A DNA stretch of 64,000 bases from Toensbergia leucococca (lineage: Eukaryota). Made by a program: the position numbers and the translations under genes. The notes beneath the pieces were generated by a model, which saw only the letters and a list, made by a program, of their open reading frames with translations, did not search any database and was not told where the DNA came from. This document shows, in pieces, positions 63,801 to 64,000 of this stretch. Position 1 is the first letter of the stretch. Each line of letters begins with the position of its first letter. The stretch spans positions 62,001 to 126,000 of the forward strand of contig JALDZS010000021.1 in the NCBI GenBank assembly GCA_022813965.1, in the 5' to 3' direction.

Positions 63801-64000
63801 AAGAGACCACATGGCCGGTGAAGTTCTCTACTCATCTTGGTCCATGTTGAGTTGTTGAAAATTTGATTATCTTGGTGATCTTGAGTTGCTCGCTGGCGTT
63901 TGAGGTACTCTGAAGCATATATATTCGATCCCCAATGTTCGGAACTAATTTCATGCCGCCGAAGGACATCTTCCTTGGTAAGATGTTCAGTCTGCCAGAC
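60805..64000 (-). CDS. BPH1: BEACH-domain/WD40 protein (beige/Bph1-like), 5' part outside the window
   Basis: PH-BEACH-WD40. [66 protein letters not shown]. Last exon YEWDCIQRHDGR-stop ends at 60805. Confidence 0.93.

Noticed and set aside
1..64000. tRNA, rRNA, snRNA or snoRNA genes
   Set aside because: None recognised by eye; tRNAscan-SE and Infernal would be needed to exclude them.

Overview
Intron-containing genomic DNA from a filamentous ascomycete (GT..AG introns with CTAAC/CTGAC branch sites; possibly a lichen-forming Lecanoromycete, which is only an inference). Conserved genes: RING protein, CCDC97-like, Rab-GAP GYP2/MDR1, DHHC palmitoyltransferase PFA5, isochorismatase-family hydrolase, Tudor-SN, transaldolase TAL1, SDR, DUR3-like symporter, SRA-like/AlkB dioxygenase, 4CL-like CoA ligase, SQT1, SOD1, a CNH-domain RhoGEF and the 3' part of a BEACH/WD40 gene. 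Two accessory-looking zones stand out. Zone 1 (1-5.3 kb) is bracketed by a diverged direct repeat and holds a CIA1-like gene fragment, a chymotrypsin-fold protease with a 3C-like GSCGS motif and a hairpin-bearing tandem array. Zone 2 (13-28 kb) holds a repeat-laden orphan coiled-coil gene and three small same-strand genes that share four copies of an unnamed W-x-C-C-x-C..G-P..C..H-x-R-C-x-x-C motif; one copy is invisible in the ORF track and only appears after splicing. All family assignments come from motif recognition by eye; no searches were run.
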